Source: Stegostoma tigrinum
Taxonomy: Eukaryota
Length of the DNA stretch: 64,000 nucleotides
Direction: 5' to 3'
NCBI RefSeq assembly: GCF_030684315.1
Contig: NC_081356.1
Coordinates: forward strand, 20,795,197-20,859,196
Each line of letters starts with the position of its first letter. The first letter of the stretch is position 1. This document shows, piece by piece, positions 24,995 through 36,846 of the stretch. Made by a program: the position numbers and the translations under genes. The notes beneath the pieces are model-generated. The model worked only from the letters and a program-made list of their open reading frames with translations, searched no databases and had not been told where the DNA came from.

Positions 24995-26965
24995 CAGGCT
25001 GGGTGTAACTGGTTCCACTTGAATCGTTGTAATCTCTTGCATCTTAGTTTCCACTATTCTCTGCTGCCTATCGCAGCTAGCTGCTGTTTAATTTAGCCTG
25101 GCCAATTTTCTGTCAGGCCTGATTTGTCTGGCTGTGGGTCAATTTAGAATGCTCAGTTTTTGGTCTCTGGTCATTTGACTACATTAGCCAGAGTGGGGCA
25201 TTAACTTTGATTGATTGATATTTTTTACGAGACTGTAAGAACTTATCATTAAACTCAATGTCTGTATGTTATTTGGGCAAGAATAAATGGTATGAATTTC
25301 ATCAGAGTTTTTCTTTTCTAAAGCTATGTGCTGGGCCCACACTGTTTATACGGTTGTAAGAACAGTAATATTTTCAAGGCAGATTTTGAATGAGTGTTTT
25401 ATTTTCACAAGCATTTCAAGATTCATCATTGTTATTACACATCTCATTGGTTCAATTTATAAAGTGCATCAGGTGAATGAGCATGGAGAATGCAAGGTGG
25501 CATGGAGGGTCACAGGAGCTATGCAAGGGCATTGAATAGAATATTGAGAATATTGATGGGGCGCAGAAAATTTGAGAGCCTGGGGCATTGAGTGAATCTA
25601 GGGTTAAGAGAACCCTTGAAGATATGAGTGGCCTGGAAAATATGAGAAATCACAAGCGATATGAGTAGACATATAGATATGTCATGGGGACGTGGAGGAC
25701 TCTGAATGGGGAGTTAGTTGGTGTGAAAGAGTGTGACAACAAAAGGTTCTAATGTTATTTAATGGAATTGGATGAAAGCTCCAGAGTATTGAGTTTTCTA
25801 ATCAATGTACCTTGGCACTCACCCTCCTCTGTGGCCATCTTTAAACTCTTTCCAGTGTTTTCAGGCTAGACTCCACTCCACAACTGCTTCCCTGGGGTGA
25901 AAATCATGCTTGCAGGGCTATATACGTGGAGACATGTCTGTCAAGTCAGGCATTTTTCCAAGTCAAACTTCCTAGCCTAAGAATACCAATATTTGCACTG
26001 AAGTGATCAATTTTGTAGAAAACAATGTAAGCCTGTTGTAGGGTCTATTGTGGCGCAGTGGTAATGTTCCTACATGTGTTGCAGGAGGCTTAGGTTCAAA
26101 TCCCACCTGCTCCAGGGGTGTATAATAACATCATCAGACTGTTTGATGAGGATAGTATCTACAACCCTGTTGTATTGGAGGATTAACTTCTGTAGGCTGC
26201 ACAGCACTTAGCGACAGGCAGGCAACACTCAATCAGTGTGAAATGTAGCCAAGTGCTTCCCGTTGGAAAGCAATTAACTTTATTCACAAATGGCACTTGC
26301 GTCTTAAAGTGTAGCAATGAACAAAATAGTTAACAAGGGCTACTTTCCAGCATGCAAACACTATCCCTGAATTCCTTTCTCTCCAACTGTACTGTATCCC
26401 TGGCCTCCCTGCCTGGGAATCCTCCCTCCAGGCTTTGGACATTGCTTGCCCCTCGTAAATGTGTTTTCAGTAGGTGAGCATTTGATACCATCGAACCAAT
26501 GAGATGTATAGTAACAATGATGGGCCTTGAAATGCTTGCGAAAATAAAACACTCATTCAAAAGCTGCTTTGAAAATATTGTTGTTCTTGTAACCATATAA
26601 ACATTGTTGGCCAAAAACATAGCTTTAAAAAAGAGAAACTCTGACAAAATTCATACATTTTATTCTTGCCCAAATAACATTCAGATTTTGAATTTAATGA
26701 ATAAAAAGTAGAAGTTCTTACAGTCTCGTAAAAATATCAATCAATCGAAGTTAATGCCCCACTCTGGCTAATACAGTCAAATGACCAGGGACCAAAAATT
26801 GGACATTCTAAATTGACCCACAGCCAGAGAAATCAGGCCTGACAGAAAATTGGCCAAACTAAATTAATCAGCAGCTAGCTGCGATCAGCTGCAGAGAATA
26901 GTGGAAATTAAGATGCAAGAGGTTATAAAGATTCAAATGGAACCAGTTACAACCAGGCTGGGTGT
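24995..26965. repeat. Long inverted repeat: arms ~24995-25456 and ~26490-26960
   Basis: Clear reverse-complement alignment, about 12 mismatches in the outer ~145 nt by hand count; caggctgggtgt occurs as a direct repeat at both outer edges. Confidence 0.9.
26041..26165 (+). mobile_element. Short tRNA-derived SINE
   Basis: A-box TGGCGCAGTGG, B-box GGTTCAAATCC, TSD cctgttgta at 26032-26040 and 26166-26174. Confidence 0.8.
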
Positions 26966-27179
26966 CACGTTCACACCCACTCCTCAGTTCAACGTCACAA
27001 TACAGGGATGGGCGTGTGTCAAAATTGGTAGACCATCAATCATATGTCAAAAATAATTAAGATTCAATTCAGCTTGTTAATATCTCTATGAACTGTGACA
27101 TCACATCACCCTCCCCAAAGATTACAAAATACCTTCCCTTTGTTCTCATCGACCTGGTCTGCAATATTTTCTTACCCTT

Positions 27180-27527
27180 TTCTTCAAATTTTCTAAATCC
27201 TCCCTCACTCACTTGCCCAGATTTACCTTTGACCAAGTTCCAATGGGGCTTCTTGTGGGCATGCAGTGGAAAGCAATTAGCTCACAGTGCTGCTTGTACT
27301 GCTGGAGCCGCTGGCCAATCAAAATGGCTGGCAGTTTCCAAAGGCAGGACTTTCAACACGGTGGAAGGCAGGAGACCCAATATTAAGCAATCTAGCTGGT
27401 CCACAGTATGCTATGACTGTGAGGCTAGCTTCCAAGTGTTGAGTCGAATTCCGGATCATTTTGTTGCTGGGTGTTCTGATGTTATGCAGTCAGTTTTCCC
27501 ATCTCCCACCCTGTAATTTACAGCCCT
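27180..27527. mobile_element. Probable non-autonomous DNA transposon remnant (related to 59620-59880)
   Basis: Shared ggccaatc..attggctggcag...cc motif; ends aatttacagccc. Confidence 0.35.
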
Positions 27528-27568
27528 GAGCATTATGGCATTCATAATGTCATCAAACAGGTTGATTA

Positions 27569-27674
27569 CAGCAAGTTTTGAGAAGATTCGTCAGAGGCTC
27601 ACTGATGATGTTACCTAGAATGGTGACGAAACGTCTGAAAATGAACGTTCCAGCTCAGTGAGCAAACTCACATC
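27569..27674 (+). mobile_element. Poseidon-like PLE micro-insertion (106 bp)
   Basis: Exact TSD caggttgatta at 27558-27568 and 27675-27685; terminus matches 34357 and 39131 elements. Confidence 0.85.
27599..27638 (+). ncRNA. Minimal type I hammerhead ribozyme motif
   Basis: tca-CTGATGA-t-GTTACC tagaat GGTGAC-GAAAC-GTC-tga; 6-bp stem II, 3-bp stem I. Confidence 0.85.
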
Positions 27675-29299
27675 CAGGTTGATTATCTTTAAAAATGTTC
27701 AATGTATCAATGGCAAGCAATAAGAACAGGAGAATCTCCTGATAAGTTGTTCTTGATGCAGACTGATGTTTCTCAAGCTACTGTCTTTCACTTCAGACAA
27801 ATGACCCGTTCCAAAAAAGAACATAAGCTATGTAACCATTTTTTTCTGGCTCATGCATCTCTGGACAAGAGGAAGTGTTTGAAGTGATATTTTCTAAGCT
27901 TGGAGTCATTCCTAAATACATTTAATTGCATTTAAGGAATTCTTGGGGCCTTGCCTTACCTTGGTTATTCTGATATTTTACATAATATTTTAAAAACTGT
28001 TTTCCTAAAGTAGAAAAAGAGCTCTTGAAAACCTATGGGTTATATATTTTCCTTCCTCACTCTGTGTCTAATTAGATAATAAAGCTTCGCAGCAATATGG
28101 ATTAGATCATCAATGATGATGATGAATAATCAATCCTGCTGTTCAACTGCCTTCATTATTCTACTGAACACTTTGCAGATGTCTGGTCTGAATACTGACG
28201 GCAGGTTTTAATGCAACTTCTGGTTTACTCTCTGCTAATGAATGTATGATGGGAAAGATGGGGAGAGGAGCAGCTGAGTAGTATGAGATTTTGCTCCTGA
28301 TTTAACTTTTATTTTGACCATAATCCTAAACCATTTTCTGTTTTGCAGTTTTCCATTGTTCCTCTTCGACTTACGAACCTCCATTTAGTCATTTTCAAAC
28401 CCTGTATTGAATTGTAAGCCTTTATTTGTATCTTACCCAAATTTTATCATTTAATGATCTCCTGTATCTATACCCTTCACAGGTTAGAAATCCAGGAACA
28501 TCATCACAGGAGCATTTCTGATGCTTAAGTTGCAAAGCCTGAAATGTTCAAAATTGGGCTTTAATCCTCAATGTTGCTGGTATTACACAACCATGCATCA
28601 GGTAAATGAAAACAGGGCCATTGTTAGTCCTCATTGAAAGCTTGGGGGAGGAATCGGAGACCAGAGAGCGAGACAGACCAGAAGCCAGGGGAAGTTGATT
28701 GGAGTCTGATGAGGCAGAGGAAAGAGGTAATGATAAGAAATGAAGCAAATGGGGCTGGGAAAGTGGTGTTATTTGCAAGGACCCCATTATTTTGGCACCC
28801 TTTCTTTAAATACAGGTTCAAGAAGCTCTCCCAGCTAATCTTATTGCATCTCAGCATTAACTTTACATACAGCTACCAACATTGTTGTAAAAGCTTTAAA
28901 TCAAATTCAGAAAAAATGCATTGCAGAAACTTCCCCTGCTGATAACAGAGGAAGTGTTAAGATTTACATGTACAGAAATTGACTGTGCATTGGATGTTAG
29001 TTTAAAGGCAAAACAATTTTGCAGTGGGACTGAAAGAATAGATTTATGGGCCCATACCTTTAGCCTAGTAGCACTTGGGCAACAATTCTTTCTTTCTTTC
29101 CCATCATACCTGGAGTTACAATTTCTTGGAAATATATGCACATTTCCTGCTGACCACATTGCGTAGTTAGTGCCCCCCAAAAAAATCCAAGTGCTACCTA
29201 GGCTGAAGGTACGGGCCAATAAATCTATTCTTTCTATAAGTTTTTTCATGTATTTTTTTTTATTTCTCTTCTGCCCCTATTCTGTTCACTTTAAAATGT

Positions 29300-29405
29300 T
29301 GTTCAACTCTGCAGAAAAATTAACTGTGTTGTGTTTTCTTGACAGATGTTTATTGACGTGCTGAATGTCTCCTGCAGCTTCTGTTTTTGTTTTCTCATTT
29401 AGCAT
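29300..29405 (+). mobile_element. Old PLE 3' terminal remnant
   Basis: ttaactgtg...cagatg...tgctgaatgtctcc...cttctgtttttg resembles 62830-62930. Confidence 0.4.
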
Positions 29406-30287
29406 ACTGGCTGGAGTATTCCAGGGTGACCAAAAACATGTCCTTCCTATATTTCCTTTTCTTCATCTCACCTTTCTCATTTATAAACTGCTCTAAATTC
29501 ATTCAGCTGTCTTTTACAGTCATTCCTCATAAATCACTTTCCCCTACTGTTAAAATCTTTTGAGGAACACTGGCTCAAGCTTCCATGCCTCAAGGAAATA
29601 TAGGCTGATGTTTTACCATTACAATTTGTGGCCTTTTCTGCATCTCTTCTAGACATTTTCGGATCCTGGTTTTTCGATTACTCTTTGGCTAAACTATCAT
29701 ATGTATCTATTGAGCAAAAGATAACTAAATAAGTCACCCTAACATATGTCTTTCATATTGGTATTAAAATTTACAAAATCTATTGCCTCAAAAGCAAAAT
29801 AGTGAAAAGCTGCAGGCTATACCAGCTTATCATTTCTTTTATTAATATTTTGTCGACACAACTATTTTTTTCATCACTAGAGAAGCTGACTGGTCTATCA
29901 TAACTTATGATCGTTATAAGCAGGATCTTTCAGCTCTATTTCATTCAGCACATTTCAGCCTATTTAACAGCTCAGGTGTATAAATATATTTGAGCAAGAT
30001 ATGTGGACTTCAGTTGGATAAAAGAAAACTGATGATTATTCACGTAACACAACACTTCTTTTTAATGATAATAAAGTGTGAAGCTGGATGAACACAGCAG
30101 CCCAAGCAACATCTCAGGAGCACAAAAGCTGACGTTTCGGGCCTAGACCCTTCATCAGAGAGGGGGGATAGGGTGAGGGTGAGGGGGGGAGGTGGACCGA
30201 AGATGGACAGAAAAGAAGGGAGGTGGAGAGGAGAGTATAGGTGGGGAGGTAGGGAGGGGATAGGTCAGTCCAGGGAAGACGGACAGG

Positions 30288-31613
30288 TCAAGGAAGTGGG
30301 ATGAGGTTAGTAGGTAGGAAATGGAGGTGCGGCTTGGGGTGGGAGGAATGTATGGGTGAGAGGAAGAACAGGTTAGGGAGGCAGAGACAGGCTGGGCTGG
30401 TTTTGGGATGCAGTGGGGGGAGGGGAAGAGCTGGGCTGGTTGTGTGGTGCAGTGGGGGAGGGGATGAACTGGGCTGATTTTGGGATGCGGTGGGGCAAGG
30501 GGAAATTTTGAAGCTGGTGAAGTCCACATTGATACCATTGGGCTGCAGGGTTCCAAAGCGGAATATGAGTTGCTGTTCTTGCAACCTTCGGGTGGCATCA
30601 TTGTGGCACTGCAGGAGGCCCAAGAAGGGCATGTCATCTAAGGAATGGGAGGGGGAGTTGAAATGGTTCACGACTGGGAGGTGCAGTTGTTTATTGCGAA
30701 CGGAGTGGAGGTGTCCTGCAAAGCGGTCCCCAAGCCTCTGCTTGGTTTCCCCAATGTAGAGGAAGCCACACCGGGTATTTTGGATACAGTATAGCACATT
30801 GGCAGATGTGCAGGTGAACCTCTGCTTAATATGAAAAGTCATCTTGGGGCCTGGTATAGGGGTGAGGGAGGAGATGTGGAGGCAAGTGTAGCATTTCCTG
30901 CGGTTGCAGCGGAAGGTGCCGGGTGTGGTGGGGTTGGAGGGCAGTGCGGAGCGAACAAGGGAGTCACGGGGAGAGTGGTCTCTCCGGAAGGCAGACAAGG
31001 GTGGGGATGGAAAAATGTCTTGGGTGGTGGGGTCGGATTGTAGATGACGGAAGTGTCGGAGGATGATGCGTTGTATCTGGAGGTTGGTGGGGTGGTGTGT
31101 GAGAACGAGGGGGATCCTCTTTGGGCGGTTGTGGCGGGGGCGGGGTGTGAGGGATGTGTTGCAGGAAATATGGGAGACGCGGTCAAGGGCATTCTCGATC
31201 ACTGTGTGGGGAAAGTTGCGGTCCTTGAAGAACTTGGACATCTGGGATGTGCGGGAGTGGAATGCCTCGTCATGGGAGCAGATGCAGCAGAGGCAGAGGG
31301 ATTGGGAATAAAGATGGAATTTTTGCAGGAGGGTGGGTGGGAGGAGGTGTTTCAAGGTAGCTGTGGGAGTCGGTGTGCTTGAAATGGACATCAGTTACAA
31401 GCTGGTTGCCTGAGATGGAGACTGAGAGGTCCAGGAAGGTGAGGGATGTGCTGGAGATGGCCCAGGTGAACTGAAGGTTGGGGTGGAAGGTGTTGGTAAA
31501 GTGAATGAACTGTTCGAACTCCTCTGGGGAGCAAGAGGCGGCACCGATACAGTCATCAATGTAATGGAGGAAGAGGTGGGGTTTGGGACCTGTGTAGGTG
31601 AGGAAGAGGGACT
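30288..31613 (-). pseudogene. PLE reverse transcriptase C-terminus, Cys linker and GIY-YIG endonuclease (frameshifted)
   Basis: FLHYIDDCIG (RT active site), DVHFKHTDSHSYL, CNRRKCYTC linker (Neptune clade), NVLYCIQ...LYIGETKQRLGDRFAGH; frameshifts near 31310-31350. Confidence 0.92.
30385..30500. repeat. Three ~40-45 bp tandem units inside the PLE 3' region (also 48220-48335 and 50595-50700)
   Basis: Repeated ctgggctggtt(t)tgggatgcagtggggg. Confidence 0.8.
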
Positions 31614-31665
31614 GTCCGCCTCCCCCTCCCTCCCTATTTATTCCAGAACCCTCACCCCATCCCCC

Positions 31666-31699
31666 TCTCTGATGAAGGGTCAAGGCCCGAAACGTCAGC
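31666..31699 (+). ncRNA. Minimal hammerhead ribozyme motif
   Basis: CTGATGA(31669)-aGGGtcaaggCCC-GAAAC-GTC. Confidence 0.78.
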
Positions 31700-32034
31700 T
31701 TTTGTGCTCCTGAGATGCTGCTTGACCTGCTGTGTTCATCCAGCTTCACACTTTATTATCTTGGATTCTCCAGCATCTGCAGTTCCCATTATCACTTCTT
31801 TTTAATGAGTTGCTTCCTTTCTTCAGGCGAAAAATTCAAACTGCAGTTGGAAGAGTTATCGTTGTAATTGATAAATTGGTTTTAATGATGATGACTGACT
31901 TTGAATCTGAAATTATTTATTATTTCAGATTTACCCAGCATGTTGACTCAACATTACACTTCAAAAGATTTATAGAATTGGTTTTCTTAATCTCTTTTGT
32001 CCTTAGACTGTAGCAGCAATCAGTTAAGAGATAG

Positions 32035-32160
32035 ATAACATAGAACATAGAACAGTTCAGCACAGTGCAGGCCCTTCAATCCATGATGTTGTGCCGACCT
32101 ATTATCCTAGTTTAAGATCAAACTACCCTGCATACCATACATTTTACTTTCATCCATAAA
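32035..32160 (-). mobile_element. CR1 LINE extreme 3' end
   Basis: (catagaa)n tail followed by ggcccttc...gatgttgtgccga. Confidence 0.75.
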
Positions 32161-32729
32161 ACTGAGATTAAAAGTAAACCATGTATCCTGGAACCTCATG
32201 CACATGCAGACAAGATCAGATTGAAATGATAGATGGCAACCTGGAGAGACAGAAGCAAACTCATTGGGTTATACAACACTCCGACATCAAACATAGTTAT
32301 CATGATATCAGGTCACAAATTACTAGATTTATTACATTCAGCTTCTCAATTTACCATGCTGGGATTTCAATTTGCAATCTCTGGCCTGTTACTACCGATA
32401 ACAAACAGAAGTGTTTGGGTACAGCATTTGAAATGAAATGTCTATTAATATGATGGTTAAGATCATAAACTGGCAATTAAGAGGCTCAGAATCAAATTCT
32501 ATTGAGCACAAGCTAAGGAACTGAATCCAATAATGCCACTAATCTGTGAATGGCAACAAAGATAAACTCTTTCTGGAAATCAGGTTTTCAAAGGAGACCA
32601 CACCATATTTTTATTTAGTTGCCAGACGCAATGATCTTGAATGATCTTTCACGGTTCAATGTCAATATAAAAATTCCTAACGGAAGCATTTGTTGTGCCT
32701 TTGTAGCACTTCCATTGACAGTTATGAAA

Positions 32730-33000
32730 GTGCATATCAGAATCACAAGTATGAAATGGGGAGGGTTTCTTTTCATTCAAAGTGTGTGAATCTTTGGATT
32801 TCTCCACTCCTAGCGGCTGCGGTAGCTGAGTTATTGAGCAGGCTAGAAACAGAACTTGCTGAATTTCTGTAGACCAATGACATTACGAGATATAGAGATA
32901 GTGTAAACAACTGGCATTAAAGAGATGACCAGTCATGATCAGCCTGTGAGGCAGGCTCGATGCGCAGAATGGCCACATCCTGCTCTGATGTTCTACTCTG
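32730..33000 (+). mobile_element. CR1 LINE 3' fragment, old
   Basis: ORF SKCVNLWISP...RLETELAEFL; 3' UTR gaatggcc. Confidence 0.7.
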
Positions 33001-33004
33001 TTCT

Positions 33005-33260
33005 AGAAAATGAATAAGGTTGGTCAAACAAGAATTTCCTTTTGAATCCATGCTGTCTATTCATTATTTTCCTTCTTATTTAGAGATGTTTTTGTCTCCT
33101 TCCATACTTTTCCTACCATTGATCTTAGACTGACCGTTCTATGATTTCTTAGACATTTTCTGATCCCTTCCTGAATGTAGGATACATATTCACAATCTGT
33201 CAGTCTGTTGGTGCTACAGCCTTTCCTAATAAATGATTGACCTAATAATACTGAGAGCAT
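33005..33260 (-). mobile_element. CR1 LINE RT fragment
   Basis: NHRTVSLRSMVGKVW resembles NYRPVSLTSVVGK. Confidence 0.65.
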
Positions 33261-33263
33261 TGA

Positions 33264-33433
33264 TGTTGCTCAGAACATTTATGTTTAAGCCAGCTCTAAG
33301 AGTGAGCAGAATCTCTGAGAGTCCTATTTATATCTGTCAGCCAGAGCTCTCTGATTGGACCATATTAACAACCCAAATCAGGGAACTCATATTCTATGAA
33401 GTCCACCTGGTTGACCTCATTACAATCACGACA
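33264..33433 (-). mobile_element. Gypsy LTR fragment (same family as 57214-57652)
   Basis: Aligns with 57524-57652 (tctgtcag...tgattggac...tcagggaac...gacctcatta..atca..aca). Confidence 0.75.
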
Positions 33434-33704
33434 TCAAGTGGTTGGGGTGGGGACTATTTAATATATTGGGCGATAGTCTGGTCAGATCAATGTGTTAGTC
33501 AGGAAGTTGAGAAGAAGTAGGGTTGATTTGCAAGGCTTGTTGGATGGTTCTTTCAGGTTAATGTTCTTCTCAGAAACAAACCTTGTTGAGTTTCAGAAGT
33601 TTGAAAAATATGATCATGTAACTTGTGGGAAAGTTAATAAGTGAAACACATTGCTCAAGAAACAATCCTGGGGTCATGGTTACTAGCCAGAATAATGATT
33701 TCAT

Positions 33705-33940
33705 GATCAAACACAGGAAATGTTGGTGAAACATAGCAGATCAAGAAGCAGCTGTACAGAGAGAATTCAAATTAACATTTTGAGGCCAGTATGACTCTTC
33801 CTCAAAAATGAAAGGTGTTGGAGAATGGTGATTTTATACTTTAGTTAGAGGGAATGGAGGGGTCAGGGGAACATATGATGTCGATGCCCAGTGCAAAAGT
33901 CAAAGTAGTTGTTAATTTAGAAACTGAGATGTAAAATGGA
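33705..33940 (-). mobile_element. Old Neptune-like PLE terminal fragment
   Basis: aaacacaggaaatgttggtgaaac...ttaacattttgag...gactcttcctca is a reversed degenerate PLE end and hammerhead. Confidence 0.55.
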
Positions 33941-33959
33941 TATTTTATTTCTTTTATTT

Positions 33960-34110
33960 CTTTATTTTTCATTTTTTTCCCGAAAAATGTGCTGTGAAGA
34001 ATCTGTACATAGGTACCTTGTACCTAATATGGCACCATAAGTGGTAACTTCTAAATTTTTCACTATACTCATTTGAGTACATGCAATTATAAATTTAAGT
34101 CAATTCACTT
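33960..34110 (+). mobile_element. Rex1/Babar-type LINE 3' tail
   Basis: aaatttttcactatactc...gagtacatg.aat..aa resembles the 41864-41930 tail. Confidence 0.5.
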
Positions 34111-34356
34111 CAAGTCCTTATGCTTGCATTGTGCTTTGTTGGTGGTCTGTTGAATTATATGTTATGATTCTAAGATATTCTGACAAATATGTGTGGATTT
34201 TTAATCCAGGCACAAAGTTCACACATAGTGAGCATCTTTTTAAATCTTTGATCATGCAACTTGGGATTTTTGGAGTACTATGATTAATTCTAGGTTGGAT
34301 TGATCTTGCATTAGAAACTGTAAAATTTGCAGATTTGTTTCTGATATAATTCTACG

Positions 34357-34575
34357 TGAGGTTGTTGACTTGCTCATCGAGCTGTCTTGTTTTCGTTCAG
34401 ATATTTCGCCACCATGCTAAGTAACATCATCAGCAAGACCTCTGATGAAGCAACGATATTCTGCTCCACTTGGAATGTAGACTGTTTGGTCCATTACGGT
34501 GAGTAGTGTCATTTCCCATTTTGATGTGTATGGATTTGCATATGGACATCATATACAAATCCGGAAATGGCAGAT
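34357..34575 (-). mobile_element. Poseidon-like PLE 3' fragment with hammerhead motif
   Basis: Reverse strand CTGATGA-tgttacttagcatggtggc-GAAA-tatc at ~34400-34433. Confidence 0.75.
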
Positions 34576-34789
34576 ATAGTTTAGGAAAGATGCTAAAAAC
34601 AGAATTCTTGGACAGAAACAACGTTAATCTAAATTGCTGCAGACTTCTTGTGCTGAAGGAGAAAAACAGCTTCATTTATTGCCCAAAATGTAAATATAAG
34701 CAGGTGATGAAAGTGTTCGGCAGAAATCCAGTTTATATTCAGAACTAAAAGAGAAAGTGTAAAAAAACTGAACCTTAGGGACTTTTGGC

Positions 34790-35165
34790 TAATTGCAAGT
34801 TGCATCTAGTTTCGTGGACTGATTCTTGCCATGAGGATGAGCGAGATTTTCTTGCCAATTCTAACCAACTCATCATTCTAAATATTGTGCCCACCTATGG
34901 GATGTTTTATGTCCAAATTTCAGCTCATCTTACCAGACATCGGTCGCAGGCAAGCTCACTCCTCACCCTTAGACCCTTGCTCTGTACCATCCTTGAAGGT
35001 CTGCTGCCCACCTGGATAAGCACTAGTATCTGACAGCTGTCCAGCTTGTTCATACAAGCATTGAGCGGAGATGGCAGAGGAAAAGAGGTTGACACCACTT
35101 ATCTCAGAGAAGGATCTAGAGATCTTGGTAGATGACGTGGTGCAGCAAAGAGATAGTACAGATGT
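34790..35165 (+). mobile_element. Harbinger element fragment with Myb/SANT ORF start
   Basis: MAEEKRLTPLISEKDLEILVDDVVQQRD (35071) is a Myb/SANT-like N-terminus; similar to 19911 region. Confidence 0.6.
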
Positions 35166-35494
35166 AGAAAGCCAAACCAATTGGCTACAATTTTTCTCAT
35201 TCATTGTTTATTTATTTTTATTCACTCATGGGAGTTGGAGATGCCAGCTATTGCAACATTTATTGCTCATCCCTAGTTGCTCTTGATAAGGTGGCAGCGA
35301 ACTGCATTCTTGAACCGATGTAGTTCATCTGCTTTAGGTTGATCCAGAATGACCTCAGGGATGGAATTGCAGAAATTCTGACCCAGTGACAGGGAAGGAT
35401 TGGCAATATATTTTTAAGTCAGAATGAGAATCACTTGGAGGGGAACTTGCCCCCTTTGGTCTTCCAGATGGAAGTGGTCACAGGTTTGTGTGGT

Positions 35495-35723
35495 AAGATA
35501 ACAAAGTGTGGAGCTGGATGAACACAACAGGCCAAGCAGCATCTCAGGAGCACAAAAGCTGACATTTCGGGCCTAGACCCTTCATCAGAGAGGGTCTCTG
35601 ATGAAGGGTCTAGGCCCCAAACGTCAGCTTCTGTGCTCCTGAGGTGCTGTTTGGCCTGCTGTGTTCATCCAGCTCCACAAATTGTTATCTTGGATTCTCC
35701 AGCATCTGCAGTTCCCATTATTG
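35495..35723 (+). mobile_element. Neptune-like PLE inverted mini-insertion (hairpin)
   Basis: Arms meet at tcagagagggtctctga; exact TSD caggtttgtgtggt at 35481-35494 and 35724-35737. Confidence 0.92.
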
Positions 35724-36012
35724 CAGGTTTGTGTGGTGCTGTCTAAGGATCTTTGGTGAATTTTTACAGTGTATCTTGTAGATAGTACACATGACTGCTA
35801 CTGAGTGTCGGTGGTGGAAGGAATGAATGCTTGTGGATGTGGTGCTAATCAAGTGGGCTGCTTTGCCCTGAATGTTGTCAGACTTTGAGAGTGCAATTGG
35901 ATCTGCACTCATCCTGGCAAGTATTCCATCACAGTCCAAACTTGAATCTTGTATGATGGATAATATTTGTGGAGTTAGGGAGTGAGTTATTTGTCCATAG
36001 TTTTCCTAGCTT

Positions 36013-36376
36013 AGAATAACATCATAGAATCCCTACAGTGTGGAAGCTGGCCATTCAGCTCATCAACGACATACTGACCCTCCAAGAAGCATCCCACCCA
36101 GACCCATCCCCCTACCCTATGCATGTACAACTGCATTTCCCATGGCTAATGCACTTTGCCTGCACACCTCTGGATGCTATGGGAAATTTAGCATAGTTAA
36201 TCCACCTAACCTGCACATCTTTTGGGTCCAGGGGTTTACTGGAACACCCAAAGGAAACCCATGCACACACTGGGACAATGTGCAAACTCCACATAGACAG
36301 TGGCCTGAGGGTGAAATAGAGCCCAGGTCCTTTGAGCTGTGAGGCAGCAGTGCTAACCAATGAGCCACCGTGCCAC
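36013..36376 (-). mobile_element. HE1-type SINE, full length
   Basis: Head gtggcacggtggctcattggttagc, V-domain, CR1-like tail. Confidence 0.88.
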
Positions 36377-36846
36377 TTCTGGCCTGCTCTTGTAGGTATT
36401 GTATTTATATAGGAAATCCAGCTGAGTTTCTGGCCAATGGTAACCTGCAGGATGTTGATAGTGGGGGATTTAGTGATGGTAACACCATTGACTGTCAAGG
36501 AGCAGTTGTTTGATTGTCTCTTATTGGAGATGATCATTACCTGGCTTTGTGTGACGTGAATTTTACTTGCCTCCATCAGCCCAAGATTGATATTGTCCAG
36601 ATCTTTTGTTGCATTTGAGCATGGACTGCTTGAATATCAGAGTTGGTGCTGAACACTGTGCAATCATCAGTGAGCATCTCCACTTCTGACATTATGATGA
36701 AGAGAACGTCATTGTTGTAGCAGCTGAAAACTTTTGGGCCTAGGACACTACCCTAAGAAACTGTTACAGAGATGGTCTGGACCTGAGATGAATGACCTCC
36801 AACAACCACAACCACGTTCCCGTGTACCAGGTATGACACACACCAG

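Larger units (their letters stand above)
30067..31792 (-). mobile_element. Neptune-like PLE, 5'-truncated, with inverted second terminal repeat
   Basis: Antisense body 30067-31615 plus sense arm 31614-31792; exact 16-bp TSD cacttctttttaatga at 30053-30068 and 31793-31808. Confidence 0.95.

Noticed and set aside
26041-26110. Functional tRNA gene
   Set aside because: A and B boxes are present but the acceptor stem does not close, and it has a tail and TSD, so it is a SINE
28480-28605. Plus-strand coding exon (cacAG...cagGTAAAT)
   Set aside because: All three frames hit stop codons; no other support
30155-31713. Several overlapping ORFs in alternative frames and on the opposite strand
   Set aside because: Shadow ORFs of the GC-rich PLE coding region
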